A DNA stretch of 64,000 nucleotides from Eledone cirrhosa (GCA_964016885.1 CAXHJY010001105.1:1-64000); one strand, 5' to 3'; shown: positions 30,764 through 47,574, counted from the stretch's first letter. The notes: generated from the sequence alone by a model not told the origin. Numbers and translations: made by a program.

Positions 30764-32332
30764 ATGGAGGATGTTAAACACTTGGACATTTCTACCACAT
30801 CTGTTTTTACCAATATAGATACAGTTACACAAACATACAGGGATGAGAAACCTACCAATATAGATACAGTTACACAGACATACAGGGGTGAGAAACCTAC
30901 CAATATAGATACATTTACACAGACATACAGGGGTGAGAAACCTACCAATATAGATACAGTTACACAGACATACAGGGGTGAGAAACCTACTAATATAGAT
31001 ACAGTTACACAGACATACAGGGGTGAGAAACCTACTAATATAGATACAGTTACACAGACATACAGGGGTGAGAAACCTACCAATATAGATACAGTTACAC
31101 AGACATACAGGGGTGAGAAACCTACCAATATAGATACAGTTACACAGACATACAGGGGTGAGAAACCTTTACCTAATGAAACATGTACTGAACAAGGATC
31201 TTTAAACAGAAATATTCCTGAATATTGCTGTGAGATTTGTAAGAAAACTTTCTCTTCAGAAGATGAAGTAGTCAGACATAGAGAGATACATACCAGGGAA
31301 AAACCGTTCCATTGTGACATATGTGGGAAATCTTTTGACTATAAAAGTGTCTTCAGTATTCACAAACGAAGTCATACAGGAGAAAGACCTTGCCGTTGTG
31401 AAACGTGTGGAGAATCTTTTGTTAAAAACAGTGATTTAAAGAGACATAAAAGAACTCACACAGGAGAAAAACCGTACCACTGTGACATATGTGGGAAATC
31501 ATTCTCTGTTAATTCAAATCTTATAACTCACAAACATAGTCACACTGGAGAAAAACTGTGTTGTTGTGAAATATGTAGGAAATCTTTTGTCAAAAAGAGT
31601 GACTTAAATAGACACAAAAGAATACACACTGGAGAACGACCCTATCACTGCGACATGTGTGGGAAATCTTTTACTCAGAAATCTACTCTTGTTAATCACA
31701 TACGAAGTCACACAGGAGAAAAACCCTGTCATTGTGAAATATGTGGGAAATCTTTCTCTGTTAGTGCTGGTCTTATTAATCATATGCGTAGTCACACAGG
31801 AGAAAAACCTTTCCAATGTGAAATGTGTGACAAGTCTTTCAGTAACAAATCTCATCTTGTTTCTCACAAACGTAGCCACACTGGAGAAAAACCTTTCCAA
31901 TGTGAAATGTGTGACAAGTCTTTCAGTAACAAATCTCATCTTGTTTCTCACAAACGTAGCCACACTGGAGAAAAACCTTTCCAATGTGAAATGTGTGACA
32001 AGTCTTTCAGTAACAAATCTCATCTTGTTTCTCACAAACGTAGCCACACTGGAGAAAAACTCTTCTACTGTAAAATATGTGATAAATCTTTTGTCCGTAA
32101 CACTGATTTAACAAAACATGTAGCAACACACACTGGAGATAGACCCTACCATTGTGTAGTGTGTGGTAAAACATTCTCTGATAATGCCAGCCTTCAAGTT
32201 CACAAGCGAACACACACTGGAGAAAGACCCTTCCATTGTGTTATATGTGGAAAATCGTTTGTCACTAACAGTAACTTAAACAGACACAAACAAATTCACA
32301 CTGGAGGGAAACCATTTAACTGTGAAACATGA
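30764..32332 (+). CDS. C2H2 zinc-finger protein, 522 aa, 13 fingers, N-terminal 8 x 15-aa repeat
   Basis: Splice acceptor tcacag at 30737, ATG at 30764. There are 13 CxxC-x12-HxxxH motifs joined by TGEKP-type linkers; fingers 8-10 are identical. Confidence 0.85.
   Translation: MEDVKHLDISTTSVFTNIDTVTQTYRDEKPTNIDTVTQTYRGEKPTNIDTFTQTYRGEKPTNIDTVTQTYRGEKPTNIDTVTQTYRGEKPTNIDTVTQTYRGEKPTNIDTVTQTYRGEKPTNIDTVTQTYRGEKPLPNETCTEQGSLNRNIPEYCCEICKKTFSSEDEVVRHREIHTREKPFHCDICGKSFDYKSVFSIHKRSHTGERPCRCETCGESFVKNSDLKRHKRTHTGEKPYHCDICGKSFSVNSNLITHKHSHTGEKLCCCEICRKSFVKKSDLNRHKRIHTGERPYHCDMCGKSFTQKSTLVNHIRSHTGEKPCHCEICGKSFSVSAGLINHMRSHTGEKPFQCEMCDKSFSNKSHLVSHKRSHTGEKPFQCEMCDKSFSNKSHLVSHKRSHTGEKPFQCEMCDKSFSNKSHLVSHKRSHTGEKLFYCKICDKSFVRNTDLTKHVATHTGDRPYHCVVCGKTFSDNASLQVHKRTHTGERPFHCVICGKSFVTNSNLNRHKQIHTGGKPFNCET
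30809..31168 (+). repeat. 45-bp coding minisatellite x8 (TNIDTVTQTYRGEKP)
   Basis: Seen directly, in frame with the ZNF. Confidence 0.95.
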
Positions 32333-32407
32333 AACACCTTTCTCTTAAAAATCTAAATTTATTCTCCACCAACTACTGAATAGGGAACATTTATCAAGGT
32401 GAAATAT

Positions 32408-32930
32408 ATCATCATCATCATTTTTTGTCCACTTTTCCTTGCTTGCAAGGGTAGGACAGCTCCTATTCAGCACAGCATCTCTCCATTCATCACAGTCCTT
32501 TGTCATCTCTGTGAGCTTCAGTGATCTGAGGTCTGTTCTCACCACCTCCGCCCATGTTTTTTGTGGTCTTCCTCTACTGCGTCTTCCGTCTACTGGGATT
32601 TCTTGGCACTTCTTTACCCAACGGTCATCCTCCATGCGCATCACATGTCCATACCAACGCAGTCTTCTGTCCTGCACACTATAACTTATCCCTCTTAAAC
32701 ACAGTTTCACTCTCAACTCGTCCATGCTTGGTCGTTCACACACATTGATATTGCATGGAGCATACTTGCTTCATTTCTCTCCAGCCGTCGCATATCCTCT
32801 GCAGTTGCTGCCCATGTCTCACTACAATGCAGCATCGCACATCTCACACAGGCATCATATAACTGGCCTTTTGTTCATAGAGAGAAACCCATCTTTGTCA
32901 ACAGAGGCAGCAGCTCCCTAAACTTCTCTT
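32408..32930 (-). mobile_element. RTE LINE 3' fragment with (GAT)n tail
   Basis: RRLRWYGHVMRMEDDRWVKKC...RGRPQKTW. Confidence 0.85.
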
Positions 32931-32934
32931 TAAG

Positions 32935-35691
<2,757 letters not shown>

Positions 35692-35819
35692 TTAACCCTT
35701 TAGCATTCACATTATTCCATATTTACTATTGTATTTTCACACAACATTTACATTACTCTATATATACTATTGTATGCTCACAGTAAAGGCTTTACCTCAA
35801 ATAATATCTCACATAACAT

Positions 35820-38800
35820 CTCGTATACGAGAGACGTGTGTTGACGTGTGTGAACAAGCTCGGCTACCGAGTTGGATTTACTTACTCAAAAGTGAGTTAT
35901 GATTTATTGTTTTTGTACTGTAATATACGTTAACCCCTTGCCTGGGTCGTCAAACTTTGAGTTTATTTATTTTCGCCCCTTTTTGGGGCGAATTTTCCAT
36001 TTAAAAATCTATTACAGCAAACTGATAGAAATGGACGGAATTTTCACATCTCATCCTAACGTGAAAGCCACGCCCTCTAAGAAAGGTGATACAGAGAAGC
36101 TAGAAGCACAAGGCTCTAAGTCTTCCCTCCCCACTTCTGCAAAAGAAACATGGAACACGGAATTAAAAGAAAAATTTGTAAAAATGGGTGAAAACCCAGA
36201 AAGTCATAAACGCAGACAAAAACAACAATGACAATAACAGCACGACCAACAACAGCAATAGTCACAACACCAACCAAGGAAAAAATAACGATAACACCAA
36301 ACAAAGCGAACCCACTACTGGTGCCTCCTTTGCACAGGCGGTCCGAAAAACACAGACCTGCAAGCAACTGGACATTACAACTCTGAGAGAAAAGATGAAG
36401 GAAGCAAAACAGTATGTGACTTTCAAAGAAGGAGGAGACTTCACAATCACCTCCCCACAAGAAATCAAAAGAGACACGACACTAAGAACGATATCTTTCA
36501 GAACAATTTCCAACATAACAAGGAAACCAGCTCAATTATCCCAAAAAGAGATTGAGCTGGTCCTAAAAAATGTGTGGAGTGATATATCGTTCATACAAAA
36601 AGGGCCACTCTATGGGAATATAACGGTGCTAATGAAGGATCAATTGACGGCCAGCAAATACTCTGTGGCGCCAATTGTTTCCAAGCTACACACATTTTTC
36701 CCCACATATTTGGGGAAAAGAACGCAAAAAATTAAGAGTCTCCGGAATCCGGCCAAATGCATGCATTTCCTGGGTACTAACAGGATTTTTAGAAGACGAG
36801 GACGGAATCCTCTCAGTAGGAGAAGTCACCACAGACGTTTTCGGCGGTTTGAGCATGGAGGTTCTGGTCCAAATGAGACCAGAACGAATAGCTAGAATAC
36901 CACAGAGGGTGTCCCTCGATGGAGAAACATTTATATACATTTCAGCCGAAGGTAGGAGGCCCATATATTACTACTGTTCAAGCAGGGGTCATCTAAGGGC
37001 TGCCTGTCCTCAATTGACAAAAAAAAAGGCTCTTTTGCCTACACCCCACACACCACTACCGCCACCACCACCACTACCACCACAACAACAACAAAAATAA
37101 CACAAGACACGGCCCCACCCAAAACAACTCCAAAAACACACACAAACACAACAAAACCCCAAAATACACCACTACCCGACAGCACGGACGAGGACCCAGC
37201 TGAAACGGCACCTAGTGACGAAGAGGGGGAACCCTTCCAACCTGTAAAAAGAAAAAAAAGAAAGCACCACTCGAACATAAACGAAACAAACACACAACCA
37301 CCAACAAAAACAAAACAAAACAAACAGAACAAACAAAATCCACCCCACCCCAAAACAACACATACAACAAAACGCAAGAACAACAAACAAACAACACAAA
37401 TAAAACAGTATACATACATTAACACAAATAACAAAGAACTAGTAAAAACAATACACAAAGACCCTTCGGTGGAAACTGAAGGGCAATTCTTTGCAAGCGC
37501 GGCCAACAAACCGCATTTAAAAATGATAAGACTCCCAATGGAAACCTATGCCAAACTAAGAGAGAACTGTCCTGTGGACGTGGGGGAAACATGTACTCGA
37601 CCCTATAACCGCGTCCTCTTGAAACGTTTCCCCACCCACACCCAAGACACCCACACCTCACCAAACACCCCCACCCCACCATAGAACAACACCCCTCCAA
37701 TACGCCCATGGATATTGTGCAACCTGCTCCTCAGGAGCCGAACAGGTAGGTCTTTCCTCTTTTAACCAACATGGCTGATATAAGAGTTGGGTGTCTGAAT
37801 GTACGCGGCCTGGGACTGTCTTGGAAACAAGGCAAACTTTTAAACGATCTCAGGTCGCATAGAATGTATGTAATGGCTATTTGCGAGTCCAGGATCAGCA
37901 GCGAGCACCACCTGGCGCCCCTCTTCGACGACTTTGAGATCTTCGCATCTCTCTGTCAACTGGGGGGTGTGGGTGGAGTTGTTGTACTGCTGCGAAAACA
38001 CCTGGGCCTCGCCATACAGAAGGTGCACCTGGACCCGGAGGGTCAACTGGTGGTTTTAGACATCAGCAGTAGTGAAAGTGGAGCCCTTAGACTAATTGCT
38101 GTGTACGCCCCTTTTTGGGCAGCGCGGCCGGACTACTTCCAACGTCTGGAAACTTTTCTGGGAACATCCCGCTCCTTGCTTTTAGTGGGGGACTGGAATG
38201 GTATCCTGGATGCACATTGGGACTATGTAGGGGCATGTGCCAATAGAGGGGGGTGTAAAAGCCTCAAAAGGTTAATCGGCCGATTTGACCTGGCCGATAG
38301 ATAGCGACTAGATTTTCCGACTGTACCACTATGGACGTGGACCAATCGCAGCGGAATATCTAGGTCGTACCTAGATAGGGTCCTAGTTAGAGATAAGGAT
38401 AGGGACACATTTAGCTGTCCAAAAATGTTCATGGTTGACTATTCGGATCACAAGTTAGTGACCTGCATAGCCAACCTTGATAGAACCCATAGACAGGGAC
38501 CCGGTTACTGGAAGCTGAACTTATCCTTACCGACAAGCAAAGCTTACAGTAAACGGATTAGCACGTTAGTTAAGCAGAGTTTGACAGGGGCAATTGTCAA
38601 CAACAGGTGGTGGAGCTCTCTTAAGAGAGCAATTAGAATAGAATCCATAGGTTTTAGTCAGGAATTAGCAAGGGATAGGAACAAGATGGAAAGGGAATTA
38701 GTAGATAGAGTAGAAGAGGCGATTAGGAGTGGCAATGTAGCCGGCGTGCTGGCATCAAGAATGGCCTTAGACCAGTTCTTTGATGTGAAGCACGAGGGCT

Positions 38801-41443
38801 GCGTTGTCAGGAGTAAAATACGTGCTCTGGGTAATGAGGGAGCCAAAGCTGTTAGCTGGGCCCGAGTGACAGAGGCAAAAAGTGGGAACAAGTCCACGAT
38901 TTGGTCTTTGAAGGACCAGGATGGGCGTGTGATCCTTGAACCTGGGCAGATGTGTGCGGCCTTTCAGCGGCACTTTGCACGACTGTTCGAGAGGGGCGGC
39001 GCGCCGGGTGAGACTATGGATTTCAATCCATACCTCGACGGTCTGCCGCGCCTCTCGGACACGGAGGCGAAGTCCTACGAAAGGACGATTTCAGCTGCTG
39101 AGATAGGGGCGGCGCTGAGCCAATGCGGCAAACGCAAATCCCCGGGTCTCGATGGTCTACCATACGAGCTATATGTAGCGATGCCGGACTTGTTCTCCGA
39201 TATCCTCGAAGCGGTCTACTGCAACTGGCAGCAGAACGGGAGAATTCCCAGTTCTGTGACCAAGGGCGTAGTTACGCTGGTGAGGAAGGATGAGAACAAG
39301 GGGGATGGCATAAGTAACTTCAGGCCCATAACTCTGCTAAATACATAGTTAAAGATTTTGGCCAAGGTGTTAGCGAAGAGGTTGGCGCTTGTCGTTGGAA
39401 ACCTGGTGGGAGAAGCGCAGACATGCGCAATCCCGTCCAGGTCCATTCACGACAATCTCCACCTTATGCGATACATCATAGAGAGGGTAGGGAATGAACC
39501 CGGCTTTGGTGGGGCCCTGATCAACTTGGATCAATCTAAAGCTTTCGATAGGGTTGACCATCGTTACCTGGATGCGGTGCTCGCGGCGGCAGGCTTCGGA
39601 CCCGTTTTCAGGGGTTGGATTGCTGTGATGCACAGCAGCAACGTCTGCTCAAGGGTCAAGGTGAACGGCCACCTCTCGGAGCCGTTACAAATCATGCGAT
39701 CCATCCGACAGGGATGCCCTCTCTCCTCCCTACTGTATGTGCTGGCTCTTGAGCCACTACTGCGGAAGTTGGAGCGGTTGCAGGGCATCCCTTTGGAACC
39801 GGGATTGCAGAAAGCGGCGTCGGCCTACGCCGATGACGTGACAGTAATGGTGTCGAAAACCTCGCAAATCAGTGAGATCGGCACCTTACTGGAGGAATAT
39901 GAAAGGTTTACAGGAGCCAAGCTGAACTGGGACAAGTCCATCTGTTTGCAACTCGGAACATGGAGAGGCAAACCGATGCCCTCCAACGCCGTCGTCGGAC
40001 GCTGGACGGAGGGCGCGGTGAAGCTGCTTGGGGTCTGGTTCGGACCAGACCTCCAGGTGGAGAAAAACTGGAACGAGGTAACGGCCAGGGTGTTTGCACT
40101 CACCCAGAAGTGGGCCCAGTGCAAACTATCCCTGAAAGGTCGAGCGGAGGTGGCGAATACTTATATAGCATCCGTCATCTACTACCGCTTGACCGTCGTG
40201 CCTTGCCCAGTGAAAAGACTCGCCAAAATGGAGTGCGCGCTGTTCCAATTTCTTTGGAACAAGCGGACCCGTTTGGTGAGGAGATCCATCTGCTGTCAAC
40301 ACCCTTCGAAAGGAGGGCTGGGGATGCCGTGGCTACAGATGCGTAAACACGCATTAAGGCTACGGCACCTCCAGGTATTCCTCACCGGTCAACCGGTGTG
40401 GGCCCCGTTTGTGAGGCGAGCCTTTCCCAGACTCGTCTCGCTCACCGTGCTGCAATCCTGGGTCAAGCAAAGACCGAGAAAAGTGGGCGACTGGCACATT
40501 GAATGTGCCCAGGCGCTCACGGCCCTCTGGAAAGCAGACCCGGCAATCAGTGGAGACTCCACCTCGACATTCTATAGAGGGTTGGTACGCAGCAGGTGCG
40601 ACGATGCTCTCGGAGAAGCTCTAGGCATGGAGGAAGATGAACTGGCCAGTCTGTTCGGTAGGACGTTTGGCCCTAGAACGATGGACAACTTGCAAAAGTC
40701 CCTGGCTTGGCAGTGCTACCGAGGGGCTCTACCCGTTCGAGACAAGCTCCACAGGCATGGAAGCCTGGGTAGGGATCCTTTGAATAAGATCTGTCCGAGA
40801 TGCGTGCATGACGACGAAACCGTTGCGCACGCATTCGTACACTGCCCAGGCATTGCTGACCTGTGGGGCTATGTGGAACGACTACTGTCGAGGGTGGGAC
40901 CAATCCGGTTGACCACCGAGTCCATTGTCACGATCAAACCGCCTCCCCCTTTCAAAAATGAAGGAGAGGCGGTTTTTCTCTGTGTGATAGCCATGGCTAA
41001 AGAAGTTGTATGGTGGACGAGGCTGAAAGGGCTGAGGTCAGACACCTTTCTCTCCGGCCAACAACTGGTCCCCTTTTTCAAATACCATTTTAAAAGAAGG
41101 ATCAGAATGGAGAGAGAGGTGCTCTACCCCAGCAAGTTTTATGAAAGGTGGGTGAAAGTAGGGAGAATGGCCAGAGTGAATGGGTCTTCTCTCTATATCA
41201 GCCTGTAGGTGAAAGAAGAGGAAAAAGAGGAGACGAGGGAAGCACCTACTCTTTGTGCTCCTGAGGAGAAGGGTTGCACATTTTTTCCGGGGTGTGTGCG
41301 ACCCATGTTAATGCCCCCTCCCTATTGAGGACTTCGTTTGTTGTTGTTATTTCATTGTTATATTTTTGTACTCGTTAATTATATGTAAACTTCCCCCCTT
41401 GTATCTGTCCCTACCTTTTGTGCCCTAGTGGCAAATAAAGAAA
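35820..41443 (+). mobile_element. Tx1/L1-clade non-LTR retrotransposon, copy 2 (full length, ~5.6 kb)
   Basis: Same ORF1/ORF2 motifs and the same termini as copy 1. Confidence 0.95.
37771..41208 (+). pseudogene. Tx1 ORF2 with two in-frame stops (TAG at 38302 and 39346)
   Basis: ORFs 37771, 38425 and 39358 share a frame. APE motifs GDWN, YLDRVLV and SDH; RT YADD; C-terminal zinc finger. Confidence 0.9.
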
Positions 41444-42545
41444 CCACTCTATATATACTATTGTATTGTCACAGTAAAGGCTTTACCTCACATAATATCT
41501 CACATAACATTTACATTACTCTATATATACTATTGTATTTTCACAGTAAAGGCTTTACCTCACATAATATCTCACATAACATTTACATTATTCTATATAT
41601 ACTATTGTATTGTCACAGTAAAGGCTTTCTCTTACATAATTATCTCACATAATATTTACATTACTCTATATATGCTATTGTATTTTCACAGTAAAGGCTT
41701 TACCTCACATAATATCTCACATAACATTTACACTACTCTATATATACTATTGTATTTTCACAGTAAAGGCTTTACCTTACATAATATCTCACATAACATT
41801 TACATTACTCTATATATACTATTGTATTTTCACAGTAAAGGCTTTACCTCACATAACATTTACATTACTCTATACTATTGTATTTTCACAGTAAAGGCTT
41901 TACCTTACATAATATCTCACATAATATTTACATTACTCTATATATACTATTGTATTTTCACAGTAAAGGCTTTACCTCACATAATATCTCACATAACATT
42001 TACACTACTCTATATATACTATTGTATTTTCACAGTAAAGGCTTTCTCTTACATAATTATCTCACATAACATTTACATTACTCTATATATACTATTGTAT
42101 TTTCACAGTAAAGGCTTTACCTCACATAATATTTCACATAACATTTACACTACTCTATATATACTATTGTATTTTCACAGTAAAGGCTTTAGCTCACATA
42201 ATATCTCACATAACATTTACATTACTCTATATATACTATTGTATTTTCACAGTGAAGGCTTCACCTCACATAATATCTCACATAACATTTACATTACTCT
42301 ATATATACTATTGTATTTTCACAGTGAAGGTTTCACCTCACATAATATCTCACATAACATTTACATTACTCTATATATACTATTGTATTTTCACAGTGAA
42401 GGTTTCACCTCACATAATATCTCACATAACATTTACATTACCCTATATATACTATTGTATTTTCACAGTAAAGGCTTTCTCTTACATAATTATCTCACAT
42501 AACATTGAATCTATGAGATTTTGATATTATTTAATTTGAGAATAA

Positions 42546-42749
<204 letters not shown>

Positions 42750-42859
42750 TAATTGTAAATTATAAAGTTTTAGTTAAGAAATATTTACATCCTGGACAGA
42801 ACCTCTATCACTGAAATATGTAGAGAATTGTTGAGTATGAAGTACATCCGGTCCAAAAT

Positions 42860-43345
42860 AAATGAGGTTGTGTAGGTGTCACAACAAAAAAATACACACA
42901 GTCCACGCTGTAATGTGGCCGTGTAGGTAACACGGTAAAAACCTCCCAGTCCCACACTGTAAATGTGGTTGGTGTTAGGAAGGGCATCCAGCTGTAGAAA
43001 ACCTGCCAGACAGTCCACGCTGTAATGTGGCCATGTAGGCAACACGGTAAAAACCTCCCAGTCCCACACTGTAAATGTGGTTGGTGTTAGGAAGGGCATC
43101 CAGCTGTAGAAAACCCGCCAGACAGTCCACGCTGTCATGTGGCCGTGTAGGCAACACGGTAAAAACCTCCCAGTCCCACACTGTAAATGTGGTTGGTGTT
43201 AGGAAGGGCATCCAGCCGTAGAAAACCTGCCAGACAGTCCTATACCAGCGAGACACGGTCACCCGACCAACCTTGCCTCAAGTGGGACAATTCCCGTCTA
43301 CACCCATGCTAGCGTGGAGGATAGACAATGATGATGATGATGATG
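42860..43345 (+). mobile_element. SINE 3' part with a ~112-bp unit triplicated
   Basis: GGTGTTAGGAAGGGCATCCAGC occurs three times; (GAT)n tail. Confidence 0.75.
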
Positions 43346-43475
43346 TAAGTCTACAGTAATAATCCACAGCTGATGATGGTAGAACTAATACTACATCTAG
43401 GATGGAGCTGTTACTACTGACACATATATCTTAGACCTCTTCCAGAGAAATACCACCAGTCTGATTGTCATAGGG

Positions 43476-44104
43476 CAGTCGTGGGTAACCTGTGGCCCGT
43501 GAATCTGTCTCAATGGCCCGCCTAACTCACCTAAGTGAAATCTTTCTGATATTTTTTTACCCCAACTTTTTAGTCGTAATTTATCTCTCTATCATTTTTA
43601 CGAGGAAAACAACATGTAGGAATTACCTCCCCTTGTTTTTAATGTGGACACGAATGTAAATTAGTGCTTGCGACCCACCTGATGATGAGCTATATCTCAT
43701 GTGGCCCTCTTCTCGAAATAGGTTGCCCATGCCTGTCGTAAAGTCAATGACAGACATTCTCCAGCCACAGACCAACAGACATGTCAAACTAAGGGTCCCC
43801 TGAGATCCACATGGGCCACATGTGTTGTCTGAGGGCCACATGGGCCACATATGTGTTGTCTGAGGGCCACATGGGTCACATATGTGTTGTCTGAGGGCCA
43901 CATGGGCCACATATGTGTTGTCTGAGGGCCACATGGGTCACATGTGTTGTCTGAGGGTCACATGTGTTGTCTGAGGGCCACACGTTACAACTAATTTTTT
44001 AAAATTTTATATTATGAAGATAAAACATGTTCGCGCTGAAAAAATCATTATGCGGGCCGCAGGTGTGTTGTAAAGGGTCACGGGCTGCTTGTTTGGCATA
44101 CCTG
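43476..44104. mobile_element. Two adjacent hAT-like MITEs (~43476-43734 and ~43776-44104), the second with a ~30-bp internal repeat
   Basis: CAGTCGTGGGTAACC / GGTTGCCCATGCCTG and CAGACATGTCAAAC / GTTTGGCATACCTG termini. Confidence 0.6.
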
Positions 44105-44109
44105 TGCTA

Positions 44110-45016
44110 TGGCCAACAGATCTGCTACAGCCACTGACCAACAGATCTGCTCCAGCCACTGACCAACAGATCTGCTCCAGCCACTGACCAACAGATCTGC
44201 TACAGCCACTGGCCAACAGATCTGCTACAGCCACTGGCCAACAGATCTGCTACAGCCACTGGCCAACAGATCTCCAGCCACTAGCCAACAGATCTGCTCC
44301 AGCCACTGACCAACAGATCTGCTACAGCCACTGACCAACAGATCTGCTCCAGCCACTGACCAACAGATCTGCTCCAGCCACTGACCAACAGATCTGCTCC
44401 AGCCACTGACCAACAGATCTGCTGCAGCCACTGACCAACAGATCTGCTCCAGCCACTGACCAACAGATCTGCTACAGCCACTGACCATCAGATCTGCTCC
44501 AGCCACTGACCAACAGATCTGCTCCAGCCACTGACCAACAGATCTGCTCCAGCCACTGACCAACAGATTTGCTCCAGCCACTGACCAACAGATCTGTTCC
44601 AGCCACTGACCAACAGATCTGCTCCAGCCACTGACCAACAGATCTGCTCCAGCCACTGACCAACAGATCTGCTCCAGCCACTGACCAACAGATCTGCTCC
44701 AGCCACTGACCAACAGATCTGCTCCAGCCACTGACCAACAGATCTGCTCCAGCCACTGACCAACAGATCTGCTCCAGCCACTGACCAACAGATCTGCTCC
44801 AGCCACTGACCAACAGATCTGCTCCAGCCACTGACCAACAGATCTGCTCCAGCCACTGACCAACAGATCTGCTACAGCCACTGACCAACAGATCTGCTAC
44901 AGCCACTGACCAACAGATCTGCTCCAGCCACTGACCAACAGATCTGCTACAGCCACTGACCAACAGATCTGCTACAGCCACTGACCAACAGATCAGCTAC
45001 AGCCACTGACCAACAG
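44110..45016. repeat. 25-bp minisatellite (~36 units)
   Basis: Unit agccactgaccaacagatctgctcc. Confidence 0.95.
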
Positions 45017-45159
45017 TGAAATATGTAGGGAACCATTCAGCATAAAGTAAGTCTATATTTGTCGGGTGTTGGAAATCCTTTTGGAAAGTCTTATAATCCA
45101 CAACTACACACTGGAGAAAGGTTTAGTTTCTATTATTTGTCATTAAAGTTTCTTATGGA

Positions 45160-45710
45160 GACACAACCCACAATCTCATTAAACACGACTGAAGAAAACA
45201 CAGGATTACTGGCTTAAAACCTTGTGACGCTAAACTCCGCCAGTTGCAGACTGCGCATCAACATGAGATATTTTGCTCCACAAAGTTCGATCACCAACAG
45301 CAGAGCTTAAAGAGCAAAGATCAAGTCCAGTCCATAAGTTGACATTATCAAGCCAGAGTTTTGGCTGTCAGCCTCTGCTTCTCTTACCAGCCACCCTTCT
45401 TTCCAGGAATATATAATACCTTTCAATCACCAACAACAGAGTTTAAAGATCAAAGGTCAAGTCCAGTCTATAAGTTGACATTATCAAGCCATAGTTATGG
45501 CTGCCGGCCTCTGCTTCTCTTACCAGCCACTCTTCCTTCCAGGAATAACCTACTCACACCACGAGTTGATCTTTTTATATGACCGTATAGTTTAAGTACT
45601 CTTGACTTGACAATTGATGTAATTGATTTAAGTTTGTTAATGTTGAGCAGTTCACTGATACAGATACAGTCACTGAGCCACTTGCCAGACTTAAGTCTCA
45701 TGATGTGGTT
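45160..45710 (-). mobile_element. RTE-like 3' fragment with a partial internal duplication
   Basis: LKLYGHIKR...FLEGRVAGKRSRGRQP. Confidence 0.6.
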
Positions 45711-46487
45711 GTTAAAACCTTATAGATGTGAAATCTGGGGTAAATTATTCCCATTCAAAGACCATGTTGTTAAACATAAATATATTGGAGGAAGAAAATA
45801 TTGAAATGATTTGTGGAAAATATTCTTTATAAGATTTATTGAAAATCTTATCAGTGAAATATTTCAGAATTATAAAATTAGGATTCTCAGGAAAATGGGT
45901 AAACTTGGCGTATGGAAACTGTTAGAACAGCAAAATACTGTCGAAGGTTCCTTCAAGTCAACTCACATTGAGTCACTGATCTCTGTCCTTCGAGGTAATA
46001 TTTTACTCAACACTGCTTCAATGGTATTTTGCTGTTTTAACAGCTTCCAGACGCTGAGTTTTCCCATTTTCCTGAGAATCCTAATACACTCGCGTCTCAA
46101 AACTCTATTTTCAAGTTAATTTGTTTAATTATAAACTTGTTTTTGTCAAATACATACACACTGGACAAACAGTTTTATCAGTGTGAAATATGTGGGGAAT
46201 CATTGAATGTGAAATATGTCAACAATATTAATCCACACCTGAATACTGAAGATGATGATGATGATGATATAAACATATACAGTTGTCCCCTGGTATTTGC
46301 AGAGGTTATGTTTCTAGAGCTCCTGCGAAGAGTGAATAACTGTGAATATTGGACGTGGTCTATAAAAATGCCTATAAACATCAAAATATAACATAAAATA
46401 AAATAAAAAATAGGGAGAGTCTTATACGAAGGGGCGTCCAATAGGCCAGCAAATACGGTATATTGTTGTTGATAATTTAGTGTTAAT

Positions 46488-46841
46488 CATCATCATCATC
46501 ATCATCATCATCATTTTACGTCCACTTTTCCCTGCTTGCAAGGGTGGGACGGGAACTGATTCTGGCTTGATTTCTACAGTTAGATGCCCTTCCTAACACC
46601 AACCTCATTTACAGTGAGTGCTGGGTGCTTTTTTGCCCTGGCACCTCCACGACCACTTTGCAGTGGAATGATAGGGACCCCACCCCAGTCCCTATCATCT
46701 CATTTCTACAGCTGAGTAAACTGGAGCAACGTGAAATAAAGTGTCTTGCTCAAGGAAACAACACATCACCCGGTCTGAGAATTGAACTCACAACCTTTCG
46801 ATTGCAAGGCCAATGCTCTAACCACTAAGCCATGTGCCTCC
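46488..46841 (-). mobile_element. Full-length CORE-type SINE
   Basis: Same family as 28322-28660. Confidence 0.88.
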
Positions 46842-47149
46842 ATATATATATATATTGCCATGAAAAAAGCAATTAAAAATCCACGCAAGATATTTACAAT
46901 TCCATGAATATTTGGTGGTTTCTAGGAATAATTATTAGTTAAGTTCTGAGGAAAATCCCATGAATAACTAGGACTGAGAATTCCAGGGGTACACTGGATA
47001 TGGTTAGTGTGGAAATACAGAATAAATAAAAAATGAAACAGTTAAGAAACATTGTTGTATTTAAAAAGACTTGTTACTCCTTTTTTAAATTTTTTTTGTA
47101 TGTTTAAATATTCCATGATTGTTATTTGCTCCATCTTCCCACTTTCATC

Positions 47150-47533
47150 CACTGTAAAGTGGTCATGTAGGTGTCACAATAAACAACACCCAGTCCACAC
47201 TGTAAAATGGTCATGTAGGTGTCACAACAAACAACACCCAGTCCACACTGTAAAGTGGTCATGTAGGTGTCACAACAAAAAGTACCCAGTCCACACTGTA
47301 AAGGGGTCATGTAGGTGTCGCAACAAAAGTACCCAGTCCACACTGTAAAATGGTCATGTAGGTGTCACAACAAACAACACCCAGTCCACACTGTAAAGTG
47401 GTCATGTAGGTGTCACAACAAAAAGTACCCAGTCCACACTGTAAAGTGGTCATGTAGGTGTCACAACAAAAGTACCCAGTCCACACTGTAAAGTGGTCAT
47501 GTAGGTGTCACAACAAAAAGTACCCAGTCCACA
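47150..47533 (+). repeat. 48-bp SINE-derived minisatellite (~8 units)
   Basis: Unit cactgtaaagtggtcatgtaggtgtcacaacaaaaagtacccagtcca. Confidence 0.9.
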
Positions 47534-47574
47534 TTTAACAATTTCTTAACTAAAAATACCCTTTGTTAAATATA

